From contig CAWJKZ010000024.1 in NCBI GenBank assembly GCA_963843575.1, forward strand, positions 416,001 to 480,000: a DNA stretch of 64,000 nucleotides, in the 5' to 3' direction. The notes beneath the pieces were generated by a model. The model was given only the letters and a program-made list of their open reading frames with translations, did no database searches and had not been told where the DNA came from. Source of the stretch: an uncultured Acidobacteriota bacterium. Lineage in GTDB: Bacteria; Acidobacteriota; UBA6911. Shown piece by piece: positions 50,448 to 60,412 of this stretch. Numbering within the stretch: position 1 is the first letter of the stretch; each line of letters starts with the position of its first letter. A program made the translations under genes and the position numbers.

Positions 50448-50867
50448 ATGGTTTACCTACGATCGCTCCTGGCGCTCTTGCTTCTCTCCGTGTCCTCGTT
50501 CGCGGAAGTCGCATGGGTGAAGACCTACGACGAGGCGCTGAAACAGGCCGGTGCGCAGAAGAAATTCGTCGTCCTGGACATGTCGGCGAGCTGGTGCGGC
50601 TTCTGCCGCAGGATGGCCCGCGAAGTCTATCCCAGCCCGGAGTTCGTCGAGTTTTCGCGCACCCAGGTCTTTGTGCGGCTCTTCGCTGACACCGATGCCG
50701 AGGGGACGAAGCTGGCCGAGAGCTTCAATGTCGAGGGTTTTCCCACGATAATCGTGCTGAACTCCCAGGGCCGCGAAGTGGGCCGCCTCGTGGGTGCCCG
50801 CGACAGCCGGCGCCTGATCCGGGAACTCCAGGAGATCACACAACGCGCAACGGGGGCGAGCCGATAG
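50448..50867 (+). CDS. secreted thioredoxin-family protein
   Basis: Signal peptide; WCGFC; VEGFPTIIVL. Confidence 0.9.
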   Translation: MVYLRSLLALLLLSVSSFAEVAWVKTYDEALKQAGAQKKFVVLDMSASWCGFCRRMAREVYPSPEFVEFSRTQVFVRLFADTDAEGTKLAESFNVEGFPTIIVLNSQGREVGRLVGARDSRRLIRELQEITQRATGASR

Positions 50868-50884
50868 GCGGCCTCACCTCGGCT

Positions 50885-51040
50885 GTGCCCCACGTCGATC
50901 CCGTTGGCCGGCTCGGCCGAGACGCAAAGGAGGCCGTCGGGACCAAACTGCGCGCAGTGGGGACGCACGTGCCGCCCGAGGTCGATCGCGCCGATCAAGC
51001 GGCGGGCGCCAAGGTCGATCACGTCGACCGTGCGGCTCAG
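50885..51040 (-). pseudogene. YncE/YVTN beta-propeller remnant
   Basis: RTVDVIDLGARRLIGAIDLGRHVRPHCAQFGPDGLLCVSAEPANGIDV, with no proper start or end. Confidence 0.6.
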
Positions 51041-51060
51041 CCGGCTCCGAGTCCGTCGCC

Positions 51061-53819
51061 TCAGGGCCGCGGAGGCGTCGGAGGTCCGGCCGTGAGGGTG
51101 ACAGGGCCCATGAGACCCGCGGGGATCGGGCCTCACCCGGTCCATGTCCTGCGGCTCGAACCTGACGCCGTAGCGCAGGTTGAGCAGCCGGTAGTCGGGC
51201 GGCGCGTGGCCAGCCATGTGGTTTACCGCCAGATTTGCGACCACGATCCGGAGACGGTTTTCACCGCGCCTGAGCAAGCCCGTGACTTCGACGGCGTAGG
51301 GCGGGCACCAGACCGATCCCGCACGTTTCCCGTTGACCTCCACCACCGCGGCTTCCCGGACCGGCGCCTGCAGCAGCGCCTGCAGGCGCCGGTCGCCGGC
51401 CCCGGGCGGGCTCCTCCGCCAGCGGGATAGCGGCGCCGAGGCTCAGGTGCGGCCTGGCTTCTGCGCTCAGGTACGGCTCCTGGACCTCGAAAGTCTTCTC
51501 GTAGGCGGCCAGGCCTGAGAAGTACCGCGTGGCTTCGTCCTCCGTCCAGGAGCGGAGACGGTCCATGCGAACGGCCGCACCGTCGCCAAAACGCACCTGC
51601 CACCCGCGGCTGAGGTCGATCGGCGCCGGGGAGGATCTCGTGAGGGCGGCGGCCGGCGGCGTTTGCCCCGGCGCGAACACGATCGCGCGCGAGCCGTAGG
51701 GCTCGAGGTCGAGGACCACGGACACGGAGCCCGGGGAGCGTTTCAGGACTTCGATCGGCAGCACGCCGCCCGTGACAGGGTCCCAGCATTCCGGCTGCAA
51801 TCCCTCGACGCGGAAGGCGGCTTCCACCCGGTGGCGCACGTTGTCCGTGTTTGCCAGGAAGTACACCTCCGCCGTGGGGAGACTCCGGTGGACGAACCCT
51901 ATTCCCGGAACCGGGGGCACAAACGACACGTCCGGCTGCAGCAGCGGCGCGAGCGCCCCGCCCAGGGCGGATTCCGCGGCGACGAAGTGGCCCGGGTGGG
52001 ACGGTGCTTCGAAGAGCCGGCGCACTGTCTCACGCAGCTCCGCGGTATCGGCTAGCGTCGCCGAGAAGCCGGGGACCCGCGCCGGCAGCCGGCGCGTCGC
52101 CACGACGACGCCCCCCGCACGGGCCAATTCCTCGAGCATCCGCACCGTCGCCAACGGCATCGTCTCCACCCCGGGGAGCACGATCGCCCGGTAGCGGTTG
52201 CCGCCGAGCTGGAGGCTCGCCCGGTCGATGCGCCCGAGCTGTTCCAGTGCGCGATCGTCCACGAAATCGACGCCGTAGCCTGATGACAGGAGCGATTCGA
52301 CAACAGCGGGGCCGATCCGCTCGCCCAGCGATTCCAGCAGATTCACGCGGCCGAGTGCAAAGTGCGCCCAGGCGTCGCTGTTGGGCAGATAGAGTGCGAC
52401 GTCGTTCACCGCCTTCCCCTGGCGCAGAAGAAAACTCAGGCGCTGCAGGTACCGGGAAAGGTCGGGCATCACTATCCACCAGGGATTACTGTCGTTGAAA
52501 ACCCCCGCGGCATAAAAGCGTCCGCCGGGATAGGGAGTGCCTTCGGGGGTATAGGGCCATCCGTGACCGATCAGCTGGTTGACACCCTGAAGGAAGTGGC
52601 GGTCGGCTTCCACCTTCAGGTCCAGCGGCGTGGCCCGGAACGCGGGCGAGTGCAGCCAGGTCCACGTTTCGGAGGATGTGACTGCGCGGCCGTAGAGATG
52701 GTTCGCCGAGGACGCCCAGCGGGAGGCAGTGAGCCTCTTCCACTGGTGGCCCTCCCCTTCGGCCAGATCCGCAAACGCATTGCTCGACAGGGCCGCAGGC
52801 GGGACACCGTAGCCCTGGATGCGGAGAAGCGTGCCGTGGGCTTTCGCCCACTGCTGCAAGGGGGCGAGGAACCGTTCCTCCAGGAGTTCCGTCAGTGTCT
52901 TCCCCCAGTCGTGCCGGAGGCCCGCGGATTCGGCGGAGTTCGCGGCCAGGGCCGGGAGCCTGGGTTTCAAATCGTACCCGCGCCGGCTTCGGAACTGCTC
53001 CAGGAAATCGCCGGACCAGTCGGAGCCGTACACCTCGAGGCTGTCGCAGAATATGGCGTAAGGGGGGTTCGGGGCCGCCGCGCGCAGGAGCGGTTCCGCG
53101 ACGTTAGCCAGAAAGCGTTCGAGTGCAGGGCGGCTGTAATGGTCAACCACATAGCCTTCGGCGCCCACTGCGGCGCGCTTCACCTGCTGCCCCGTGCGAC
53201 CTGAAATGAAGAACCACACTTCGACCGGCGACGCGCCGTCGGGAAGCCGCAGGATGCCGCCGGTAACATCCGTCAACTCCCGGCCGGTACCGGCGTCGAA
53301 GGCGGCGAGCAGTTGTTCTCCGGGACCCGGGTCGGGAACGGGAACGCGACGTGCGCCGGGGACCACCTTCACGCGCTCCCACCGCAGCCGCGGGGCGGCG
53401 TCGCTGATCGAGACCCCGGGGCCGCCGTAGGGCCAGCCGCTGCCGAGCGTCAGGTCGAACCGCAGGCCGAGTTCGCGCGCCTTCCCGGCCGCGAAGCCGA
53501 GCGCCTCCAGGAACCCAGACGAAAGGTACGGCAGATTCCTGAACCCTGCCTTGTCGTCATCGGGCGCGAGCGGGTAGACCGGCTCGACCTCGAATCCGCC
53601 GATCCCTCCTTCCTTCATGAGACGCATCTCGCGCTCGAGCCCCACCTTGGTCACGGCCGGCCCGAACCACCACCAGCGCATCATCGGCCGGCAGTCGTCG
53701 GGGGGGGCGAGGAACGCCCGGCGCAAGTCCCGGATATCCTCGAGGGCCCGGGCCCCGGCGAAGGGCACAACGAAAAGGCTGGAGAGAAGCACGGTGAGCA
53801 GGACGCATCGACGCTTCAC
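51061..53819 (-). CDS. GH106 alpha-L-rhamnosidase-like glycosyl hydrolase (frameshifts near the 3' end)
   Basis: PMMRWWWFG, GIGGFEV, LTLGSGWPYGGP, FCDSLE, SSETWTW, GVNQLIGHG. C-terminal VEVNGKRAGSVWCPPY and AGLMGPV lie in shifted frames. GTG start follows GGAGG. Confidence 0.88.
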
Positions 53820-54001
53820 GGAGGACCTCCATGCCGCAAAAAACCTCATCTTAATTCAACCGCTTTGGCGGAAACCAGTGATTCATGCTATGGTGCCGGG
53901 GCATGAGACTGCCGGTTTGCACCGTGGCCGCGTGCGACGTCCCGCCGGCGGCACATCCTCCTTCACCCGCGTCGCACTCGATATCAAGAGGGGACTCCCA
54001 G

Positions 54002-55225
54002 ATGAATCCCGGAGCGTACTGTCGGCTGCTGTTTCTCCTCGTCGTGCTCCTGGCGCCAACAATCCTGACACCCGCAGCAGACGCGGGCGTCGTCCCCGGG
54101 CTGGAGGTCCTCCTGACGGAGCAGGTATCCCTGGTTCAGGGCAAGCGCGTGGGACTGATCACCAACCAGTGCGGCGTCGACCGCCGCATGCGGCACGTCG
54201 TCGACCTGCTGCCCAAGGTGCCCGGTGTGAAGGTGACCGCGCTCTTCGCGCTCGAGCACGGCGTCCGGGGCATGGTGCAGGCGGGAGGGAGTGTGGTCGA
54301 CACGACCGACCCGAGGAGCGGCATACCCGTTTTCAGCCTCTACGGTCAGACACGGCGGCCGACCCCCGAGATGTTGAAGAACGTCGACGTCCTGGTTTAC
54401 GACATCCAGGACGTCGGGGCGCGCTTCTACACCTTCATCTCTTCGCTCGGCGAGTGCATGGAGGCTGCGGCAGACCACGGCATCCCGTTCGTCGTGCTCG
54501 ACCGGCCCAATCCGCTCGCAGACCTCCTGATCGAGGGGCCCATCCTGGACGTCGCCCGGTTCAGGTCGTTCGTGGGCGCCTACGCGATCCCGATCCGGTA
54601 CGGCTGGACCCCCGGCGAACTGGCGGGTTTCGTCAGGGACGGGATCAAGAAAGACCTGAAGCTCACCGTCGTGAAAATGAAGAACTACAAGCGCAGCCTC
54701 TGGTACGACGAGACCGGGCTGCAGTGGATTGCCCCGTCGCCCAACATACCTTCACCCGCCTCCGCTATCGTCTACCCGGGCATGTGCTTGTTCGAGGGAA
54801 CGAACCTCTCGGAGGGAAGAGGCACGACCCAGCCGTTTGAACTGATCGGGGCTCCCTGGCTGGACAGCTACCAGGTCGTGGACGACTTGACGGCGCTGCA
54901 ACTGCCTGGCGTGCTTTTCCGCCCCGCCTCCTTCACCCCGACATTCTCCAAGTACCAGGGTGAGGGGTGCCAGGGCATACAGGTGCACGTGTCCGACCGA
55001 CGCCGCTTCGAACCCGTACGTGCGGCCCTGCACATGCTGGCAGCGATCAAGAAGAGCCACCCGTCCCAGTTCCAGTGGCGCGACTCGATCGACCGACTCT
55101 CGGGTACCGATGCCGTGCGGAAGGCGATCGATGCCGGAACGCCCGTCGACCGGATCCTGGCTTCCTGGCGGCCTGAGCTGGATAAGTTTAACGCGACGCG
55201 CAAGCGATACTTGCTCTACCCGTAA
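54002..55225 (+). CDS. namZ: exo-beta-N-acetylmuramidase (DUF1343, GH171)
   Basis: RVGLITNQ, LFALEHG, SLYG, YDIQDVGARFYTF, VLDRPNP, PSPNIP, SEGRGTTQPFE. Confidence 0.9.
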   Translation: MNPGAYCRLLFLLVVLLAPTILTPAADAGVVPGLEVLLTEQVSLVQGKRVGLITNQCGVDRRMRHVVDLLPKVPGVKVTALFALEHGVRGMVQAGGSVVDTTDPRSGIPVFSLYGQTRRPTPEMLKNVDVLVYDIQDVGARFYTFISSLGECMEAAADHGIPFVVLDRPNPLADLLIEGPILDVARFRSFVGAYAIPIRYGWTPGELAGFVRDGIKKDLKLTVVKMKNYKRSLWYDETGLQWIAPSPNIPSPASAIVYPGMCLFEGTNLSEGRGTTQPFELIGAPWLDSYQVVDDLTALQLPGVLFRPASFTPTFSKYQGEGCQGIQVHVSDRRRFEPVRAALHMLAAIKKSHPSQFQWRDSIDRLSGTDAVRKAIDAGTPVDRILASWRPELDKFNATRKRYLLYP

Positions 55226-55359
55226 AGAGCCCGGCTGCCTCACAAGCCGCCATGGGCGGGATTTTTCCAATATGCTCGAACATCCCGCCTGGTACGCAGT
55301 AATACGCAAAAGCAAGCCACCCGATAAGATAGGCGCTGGCCTCAACAATCAACACAAAG

Positions 55360-58300
55360 GTGTCTTTCATGTCAGCCTGCCCGAGGTTCGAGACGATCTA
55401 CGACATTATCGCAACCCGTGCGGCCCAGGATGCCGCCGCCGCTGCGTTTCGGGCCCCGGGCCGGTCGCCGATGAGCTTCGGGTCGCTGAAGGAGCAGGCG
55501 GACGACGTGGCGGCGGTGCTGAACGGTTCGAGCGTCGGAAGGGGAGATCGGGTAGCCATCGTGCTGCCGAACGGCCCCGAGATGGCCTCCGCATTTGCGT
55601 GCATCGGCGCATCTACCGTGACGGCCCCGCTCAATCCCGCGTATCGGGCGCAAGAATTCGAGTTCTATCTCTCGGACCTCGAGGCGAAGGCGCTGGTCGT
55701 GTCCGAGGGGGACGACTCACCCGCCGTCGACGTGGCACGCCGGCGGGGAATCGGGATATTCCGGCTAAAGAAGGAGGATGCATGGGACGCCGGGAGGTTC
55801 ACACTCCTGGTGGAACCGCCCGCCGCTCCTGCGAACCAGCCGGGTCACGCCGGCCCGGACGACACGGTCCTCATCCTGCACACTTCCGGTACGACCTCCA
55901 GGCCAAAGATGGTGCCCCTGACCCAAGCGAATGTGTGCGCATCGGCCTGCAACGTCCGGGAGTCGCTGGGCCTATTGCCTTCCGACCTTTGCCTGAACGT
56001 GATGCCCCTGTTTCACATCCACGGCCTGGTCGCCGCTGTCCTCGCGTCGCTTGTGGCAGGCGGATCGGTCGTCTGCACCCCCGGTTTTTTTGCGACCGAC
56101 TTCTTTGGATGGGTCGAATCGCACGAACCTACCTGGTACACGGCCGTCCCCACCATGCACCAGGCCATACTGTCCCGAAGCCGCCTCCACACCGAGGTGC
56201 TCGGACGGCACCGCCTGCGCTTCGTCCGATCCTCTTCCTCCGCTCTTCCCCCGCGGGTCCTGGAGGAACTCGAAGGGACATTCCGCGTTCCCGTCGTCGA
56301 GGCCTATGGCATGACGGAGGCGGCCCACCAGGTGGCCAGCAACCCGCTCCCTCCGCGCCCGCGCAAGTTGAGGTCGGTCGGACTCGCGGCCGGACCGGAA
56401 GTCGCGATCATGGATGAAGGCGGCAGGCTGGTTGCTCCAGGCGTGACGGGTGAGATTGTGATCAGGGGGAGCAACGTGACGCACGGGTACCTGAACAGCC
56501 CGGCCGCAGGCGCGCAGGCGTTTACCGCGGGATGGTTCCGAACCGGGGACCAGGGGTGCCTGGACGAGGACGGGTACCTGTTCATCACCGGCCGCATAAA
56601 GGAAATCATCAATCGCGGCGGAGAGAAGATTTCTCCGCGGGAAATAGACGAAGCCCTGCTCGAGCACCCGGCCGTAGCCCAGGCGGTGGCGTTTGCCGTC
56701 CCGCACGACACGCTTGGAGAGGACGTCGCAGCCGCCGTCGTACCGCGTGACAACGCCGTGGTCTCGAAACAAGAGCTGAAAGCATTCGTGGCCGAGCGAC
56801 TCTCCCTGTTCAAGGTCCCGCAGTCCATCGTGTTCCTCGAGGCGATCCCCAAGGGACCGACAGGGAAGCTCCAGCGCATAGGCCTCGCCGAGACGCTCGG
56901 GCTGACCGGGAAGCGCGCCGGAGAGCCGGCTGCCCATGTGGCTCCCCGGACGCCCACAGAGGCGGACCTCGAGCGCATATGGTCTCGCGTACTCCGGGTC
57001 GACCGGGTGAGCGCAACCGGGCGATTCCTCGACCTCGGGGGTGATTCGATGCTGATCACCCGCCTGGCAGCGGGTATCCGGGAGAAGTTCGGCCTCGAGA
57101 TCTCCCTGATGGACCTGTTCAACGCTCAGACCATCTCGTCACAAGCCGCGCTGGTCGAGGCGCTGCTCGCGCAGCGGTCCCGGCAGGATCGGGGATCGGA
57201 ATCCTCGATGGGTCTCGACACGCCGCGGATCCCGCGAGCGGGCGGTGAGCTCGCCTCGGCTCCCGCATCCGGGCCATTGTCGCTGGTGCAGCGTCGCCTC
57301 TGGGCCCTCCACCACCTCGCGGCCGACCCCAGCGCTTTTAACCGCACCGATGCGCTGCGTCTCGCCGGGCCGCTGGACCGGGCGTCGCTGGGAAAGGCCC
57401 TGCAGGAGATCGTCAACCGGCACGATTCTCTGCGTTCGTATTATGTGGATCGGGACGGGGAACCGGAGCAGATCGTCGCCAAAGAAGCCAAGTTGACCCT
57501 GACCTTTGAAGATCATACCGGGAAGGGTGAGGAGGAAATCACGGGCCGGATGATCGAGGAGAGGCGCCGGGTGTTCGACCTCGCGCAGGCGCCACTCCTG
57601 AGAGCCCTTCTGATGGCGACCGGCCCCGACCGGTACCTGATGTGCCTGACGATGCACCATCTTGTCGGCGACGGGTATTCGATGGGCGTCTTCTACAGGG
57701 AGCTGTCGTCCCTCTACGCCGCTTTTCTCGATGGGCGGCCGGCTCCCCTGGAGAAATTGCCCGCGCAGTACCTCGATTTTGCGCGCTGGCAGAGGCAGCA
57801 TATGGCGGGGCCCGCCCTTCAACCCCACCTGGCCTACTGGAAGACAAAGCTCGAAAACCTCCCCGTCCTGGAACTTCCGGCCGACTACCCGCGGCCGGCG
57901 GTTCAAAGCCAGCGAGGCGCCTGGACCGCTTTCGAAATACCGAGGGACCTGGCGGACCGGCTGCAGGCATTCTCCCGCGACGAGGGCGTCACGCTGTTCA
58001 TGACGTTGCTGGGCGCCTTCAAAGTGCTGCTCGGCCGTTATTCGGGTCAGGACGACATTGCGGTGGGTATACCGGTGGCGGGCCGCACGCGGACTGAGTT
58101 TGAGAAGCTGATCGGCCCGTTCGCCACAACCCCCGTCCTGCGCACGGATCTCGGGGGCGAAGCGACCTTCAGGGAAGTGCTGCGGCGCGTAAGGAAGACC
58201 GCGCTGGAGGCTTTCGACCATCAGGAGGTCCCCTACGAGAAAATCGTCGAAGAACTGAAGCCCGAAATGGATCCAAGTCACACGCCGTTCTTTCAGACGC

Positions 58301-60369
58301 TTTTCAACCTGCGCAACTACGATGTGTCGCTCCCGGCTTTTCCCCGCGTCGCCGTGGAAAGCGCCTCCGTACCCGCCGCCCACGCCCTGACCGACCTGTA
58401 CTTCAACCTGCACGTCCGGGACGGGGCGCTCCAGGGGGAAGCCATCTATTGTGCAGATCTGTTCGAACGGGAGACCGTGGTCAGGTTGACAGGGCATTAT
58501 CTGAACCTGCTCCGGGCCATCCTGGCGGCGCCGGACCGTCCCGTCGCCTCTCTCCCCATGATCTCGGAATCCGAGCGAAAGACCCTGGTGAGCGACTGGA
58601 ATGACACGGGGAAGGCTCTCCCGGAAGATCGATTGGTGCACGAACTCTTCGAGGAACAGGTCCGAAGGTCGCCGGATGCGCCGGCCCTCGTATTCGGGAA
58701 CGAGCGGTTGAGCTACGCCGAGCTGAACAGCCGGTCGAACAGGCTGGCCCGTCGTCTTCGCGCAGCCGGCGTCGGCCCCGAGGTCGTCGTCGGAGTGATG
58801 ATGGAAGTCTCGACCGATCTCGTCGTCTCCCTCCTGGCCATACTGAAGGCTGGTGGCGCCTACCTGCCGCTGGATCCGCACTATCCCGCCGCGCACAACG
58901 CCTTCATGTTGGAAGATGCATGCGCACCTTTCCTCTTGACGCGCAAGGGAGGGGCTGAATCCCTCCCGCCGTATGCCGGGCACGTGCTGCTCTTCGAGGA
59001 GCTCGCGGAGTGGCTCGCGGGATCACCGGAGAACCTCGAGCGAATCACGCAGGTCCGTAATCGCGCCTATGTCATCTACACCTCGGGTTCCACGGGGAAG
59101 CCCAAGGGCGTCGAGATCGAACACCGAAGCGTCGTCAACTTCGTGGTGGGCTACCGCGAGGTGCCCGGCGTCACGGCGAAGGACGCCGTTCTTGCGGTTG
59201 CCAGCTTCTCGTTCGACATGGCGGTATGCGAGTTGTTCGTGCCGCTCTCGGCCGGTGCGAGCGTGATCGCCGTTGACCGGGAGACGGTGCGGGACAGCAT
59301 GAGGCTCAGCCGCGCCATGGAATCCGCCACCCTGGTCATGACCACGCCTTCGATGTGGCGGCTGCTGGTCGACCAGGGGTGGCGCGGGAAAAAGGGATTG
59401 CGAGTAGTGTGTGCAGGAGAAGTGCTGCCGCGGGGCCTCGCCAGCGAGTTGCTCCAACGCGCGGACGAAGTCTGGAACAGCTACGGGCCCACGGAAACGA
59501 CGGTAATTTCCTCTTCCTGGAGGGTGCCGGAAGGAGACGGGCCGATATCGATCGGGAGGCCGGCAGCCAACACGAGGTGTTACGTGCTGGATGGCCATGG
59601 GAATCTCCAGCCGGCCGGCATTCCCGGCGAGCTCTATATCGGTGGGGCAGCCGTCGGCAGGGGCTACCTGCGCAGACCGGATCTGACCTCGGAACGGTTT
59701 CTCGCCGATCCCTTCTCCCCGACACCCGGCGGCCGCATGTACCGGTCGGGTGATCGCGTCCGCTGGACGAGGAGCGGTGCACTGGAATGCCTGGGGCGCA
59801 TCGATCGCCAGGTCAAACTCCGCGGCTTTCGCATCGAGCCCGGCGAGATCGAGTCCGTGCTCGAATTGCACGACGGCGTGCGCACCGCTCACGTCGAAAG
59901 CCTGCGGGGCCCCGATGGTCCGGAACTGGTCGCCTACTACATCGCGTTCGATCCAGTCCGGCCGGGGGAAGATGAGCTGAGAGCGTTTGTCGGTCAAAAG
60001 CTGCCGTGGTACATGGTGCCTTCGGCCTATGTCCGGCTGACCGCTCTGCCGATGACGCCCAACGGGAAAGTGGACAGCAAGAGGCTGCCCGCCCCCGACC
60101 TGTCCAGGCAGCACGACCAGACCGATTTCGTCGCGCCTCGCTCCCCTACCGAGAGCGTGCTGGTCGACATCTGGAGGGATGTCTTCGGCATCGAACGGGT
60201 GGGCTCAAACGATTCGTTTCTTGGGCTGGGCGGCCATTCCCTGACCGCTATGCGTGTAGTCTCCCGCATCCGGACCCAGCTGGGAGTCGACGTGCCCTTC
60301 CAGACGATATTCGAGCACTTGACGATCGCCGAGTTGGCCAATCGCATCGACGCGCAGCTGGCCGGATGA
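55360..60369 (+). CDS. stand-alone NRPS: acyl-CoA-ligase-like domain - PCP - C - A - PCP, no TE
   Basis: Domain 1: LHTSGTTSRPK, MPLFHIHGL, YTAVPTMH, EAYGMTEAAHQ. PCP: LGGDSML. C domain: HHLVGDG. A domain: YTSGSTGKPKG, YGPTE, GELYIGG, YRSGD, PNGKVD. PCP: LGGHSL. Confidence 0.93.
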   Translation: MSFMSACPRFETIYDIIATRAAQDAAAAAFRAPGRSPMSFGSLKEQADDVAAVLNGSSVGRGDRVAIVLPNGPEMASAFACIGASTVTAPLNPAYRAQEFEFYLSDLEAKALVVSEGDDSPAVDVARRRGIGIFRLKKEDAWDAGRFTLLVEPPAAPANQPGHAGPDDTVLILHTSGTTSRPKMVPLTQANVCASACNVRESLGLLPSDLCLNVMPLFHIHGLVAAVLASLVAGGSVVCTPGFFATDFFGWVESHEPTWYTAVPTMHQAILSRSRLHTEVLGRHRLRFVRSSSSALPPRVLEELEGTFRVPVVEAYGMTEAAHQVASNPLPPRPRKLRSVGLAAGPEVAIMDEGGRLVAPGVTGEIVIRGSNVTHGYLNSPAAGAQAFTAGWFRTGDQGCLDEDGYLFITGRIKEIINRGGEKISPREIDEALLEHPAVAQAVAFAVPHDTLGEDVAAAVVPRDNAVVSKQELKAFVAERLSLFKVPQSIVFLEAIPKGPTGKLQRIGLAETLGLTGKRAGEPAAHVAPRTPTEADLERIWSRVLRVDRVSATGRFLDLGGDSMLITRLAAGIREKFGLEISLMDLFNAQTISSQAALVEALLAQRSRQDRGSESSMGLDTPRIPRAGGELASAPASGPLSLVQRRLWALHHLAADPSAFNRTDALRLAGPLDRASLGKALQEIVNRHDSLRSYYVDRDGEPEQIVAKEAKLTLTFEDHTGKGEEEITGRMIEERRRVFDLAQAPLLRALLMATGPDRYLMCLTMHHLVGDGYSMGVFYRELSSLYAAFLDGRPAPLEKLPAQYLDFARWQRQHMAGPALQPHLAYWKTKLENLPVLELPADYPRPAVQSQRGAWTAFEIPRDLADRLQAFSRDEGVTLFMTLLGAFKVLLGRYSGQDDIAVGIPVAGRTRTEFEKLIGPFATTPVLRTDLGGEATFREVLRRVRKTALEAFDHQEVPYEKIVEELKPEMDPSHTPFFQTLFNLRNYDVSLPAFPRVAVESASVPAAHALTDLYFNLHVRDGALQGEAIYCADLFERETVVRLTGHYLNLLRAILAAPDRPVASLPMISESERKTLVSDWNDTGKALPEDRLVHELFEEQVRRSPDAPALVFGNERLSYAELNSRSNRLARRLRAAGVGPEVVVGVMMEVSTDLVVSLLAILKAGGAYLPLDPHYPAAHNAFMLEDACAPFLLTRKGGAESLPPYAGHVLLFEELAEWLAGSPENLERITQVRNRAYVIYTSGSTGKPKGVEIEHRSVVNFVVGYREVPGVTAKDAVLAVASFSFDMAVCELFVPLSAGASVIAVDRETVRDSMRLSRAMESATLVMTTPSMWRLLVDQGWRGKKGLRVVCAGEVLPRGLASELLQRADEVWNSYGPTETTVISSSWRVPEGDGPISIGRPAANTRCYVLDGHGNLQPAGIPGELYIGGAAVGRGYLRRPDLTSERFLADPFSPTPGGRMYRSGDRVRWTRSGALECLGRIDRQVKLRGFRIEPGEIESVLELHDGVRTAHVESLRGPDGPELVAYYIAFDPVRPGEDELRAFVGQKLPWYMVPSAYVRLTALPMTPNGKVDSKRLPAPDLSRQHDQTDFVAPRSPTESVLVDIWRDVFGIERVGSNDSFLGLGGHSLTAMRVVSRIRTQLGVDVPFQTIFEHLTIAELANRIDAQLAG

Positions 60370-60412
60370 TCAAGTGGGTCCGGATCTCGAAGACCCGGAA
60401 GTCCAGCTGGAA

